Shown: positions 62,501 to 64,000 of the stretch, piece after piece
Layout of the letters: each line of letters opens with the position of its first letter
How positions within the stretch are numbered: position 1 is the first letter of the stretch
DNA from: Lama guanicoe
Lineage: Eukaryota
DNA length: 64,000 bases
Reading direction: 5' to 3'
NCBI GenBank assembly: GCA_013239625.1
Contig: MU053652.1
Location: 8,145,027-8,209,026, forward strand
The notes under the pieces: generated by a model
What the model saw: only the letters and a program-made list of their open reading frames with translations
What the model was told of the DNA's origin: nothing
Database searches by the model: none
Program-made: the position numbers and the translations under genes

Positions 62501-64000
62501 AAGCACTCCTTTGTAAGTGATTTTTGTGTATCTTTAAGATACCTCCATAGCCTAACCTGATGGCTAATACTGCCAGCAAAAGTAACTCCCTGTAACTGTT
62601 AGAGCATAGTTTTTACCTGGGAGAGCTGATACTTAAGTTTGAATTTCCCCAGGAAAGAGCAGAGGACTGCGAATGGGGAAATAGGACTGGTGAGTTTTGA
62701 AAGGAAAAGAATGAAAGTAAAAGATCTTGAGCATAAAATTATCCTTCACAGTGGATGTGGGGCCTTGGCAGCTAGAGACACTTGGTGAACAGTGGGACAT
62801 GTGTAAAAGTACAAAAAAACGAGAAAGGGGTGCAAAAAGAGTGGAGTAAGGTTTTTCACACCTGCCTAGATCCACATATCCTTATGCCTCTGGGAGTTGG
62901 GCTCCCACCCATGTGCTTTAATATGTAAGACCTTTGAAAGTCCTCGACCAAAAATATCTCTTTTAACTTTTCTCCATAGTTACCTGAGATTCTCATTGTA
63001 TTTAGTTTTGGGGGGAGGGGGTAAAAGCAAGAGTAATTCTACCCTCACTTTCTAATCAGCCTGTAAGCATCTTGTTAACGAGAACTGTATCCTAATTCTC
63101 TGAACCCCTACACAGTGGCTAACAGTGATGCTTACAGGTGACCTCTGCATGTGAGGGAAGATGGGGCATCTTCATTTCTACCTGTTGAGACCCCAGTTGG
63201 TATTAGTGCAGCCCAGGGGCACCAAGAAAGAAGCGCAGCCTCAGGAGAGGGGCACTGAGAGAGCAGGGCGTGGGGAACCTTGAGCCACTGGCCGGCTCTC
63301 AGCTTTGTAGGTGGAGGGAGGTTAATCATAGAAATGTTTTGTTGACCAGGGACTCTATGAGAATCTTGCATTATCTTTCTGAAGACGGTCTAATAAGAAA
63401 AGTGGGGTCTTTAGGGGAAAAAAACCCACATGGAATTGATTCCTAGTTGTGGGATTTTGCAGAAGTAACCTCTCACCTTTAGTTCCTGATCTGTAAAATG
63501 GGATGAGACAGTAACTACCCTGGCCTCATGGAACCGAATTTTCTCTCTAACTACTAGTGATTATGTCTGGCCAAGTCAACACTTGTGTTCACCTCTTTTA
63601 TTGCTCCTCACTTCCCAGCCATTCCCTACCTAAGAGACATCTCCCTACCACACCTGTTTATATGGGTCAGGGATTAGCACAGTAAAGTTTATTGTTTCAA
63701 GCTATATAGCTAGAAAAGCATCTATTGTTTTTTAATTAAGGGAAAATCCTGGCTACATTTAGATTTTTCTTTCAAATCACTTGAAGGTAAACATCAACTC
63801 CGCTATGGACAAATTCCAAATTGATGCAACCTGATTTAAAATCTTATTTTAGGTCCTTAAACTACATTTGCAAATCTAGTTCCTTATGCCGTTTTGCAGT
63901 TGACATCCATTGGAATACATCTGAGTAAATTTTCAAAGTTACAATTTGCAGAATTACAATAGGGCAGAAAGATTTTGCTGTTACTCCTTAGATTTCCTAA

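Noticed and set aside
1..64000. CRISPR arrays, operons or other prokaryotic-type systems
   Set aside because: The window is intron-exon and repeat-rich mammalian DNA, and no regularly spaced repeat-spacer array was seen.

Overview
Mammalian genomic DNA, most likely a camelid (a tRNA-derived Vic-1-type SINE with a perfect 15-bp target-site duplication sits at 30102-30262). Bases 1-~15,000 hold the last five coding exons of IQUB on the + strand (17-187, 2488-2664, 8472-8720, 9638-9823, 14144-14326). All four introns are GT-AG and phase 0, and the exons splice into an intact 321-aa C-terminal segment. The remaining ~49 kb has no recognisable protein-coding gene. It is AT-rich intergenic DNA filled with old L1, L2, MIR, ERV1/ERVL/MaLR LTRs and DNA-transposon fossils, and nearly all other ORFs in the supplied track are repeat-derived or chance. 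I see no new multi-gene system. The most interesting signal is inside IQUB: its C-terminal exons encode a CxxC-x20-CxxC module followed by a motif resembling the His-Me finger/HNH signature of phage endonucleases, apparently with the catalytic residues lost. Other leads are unusual transposon architectures and a few non-repeat CpG-retaining islands of unknown function. Repeat subfamily names are from recalled consensus sequences, not a database search, and repeat boundaries without TSDs are approximate.
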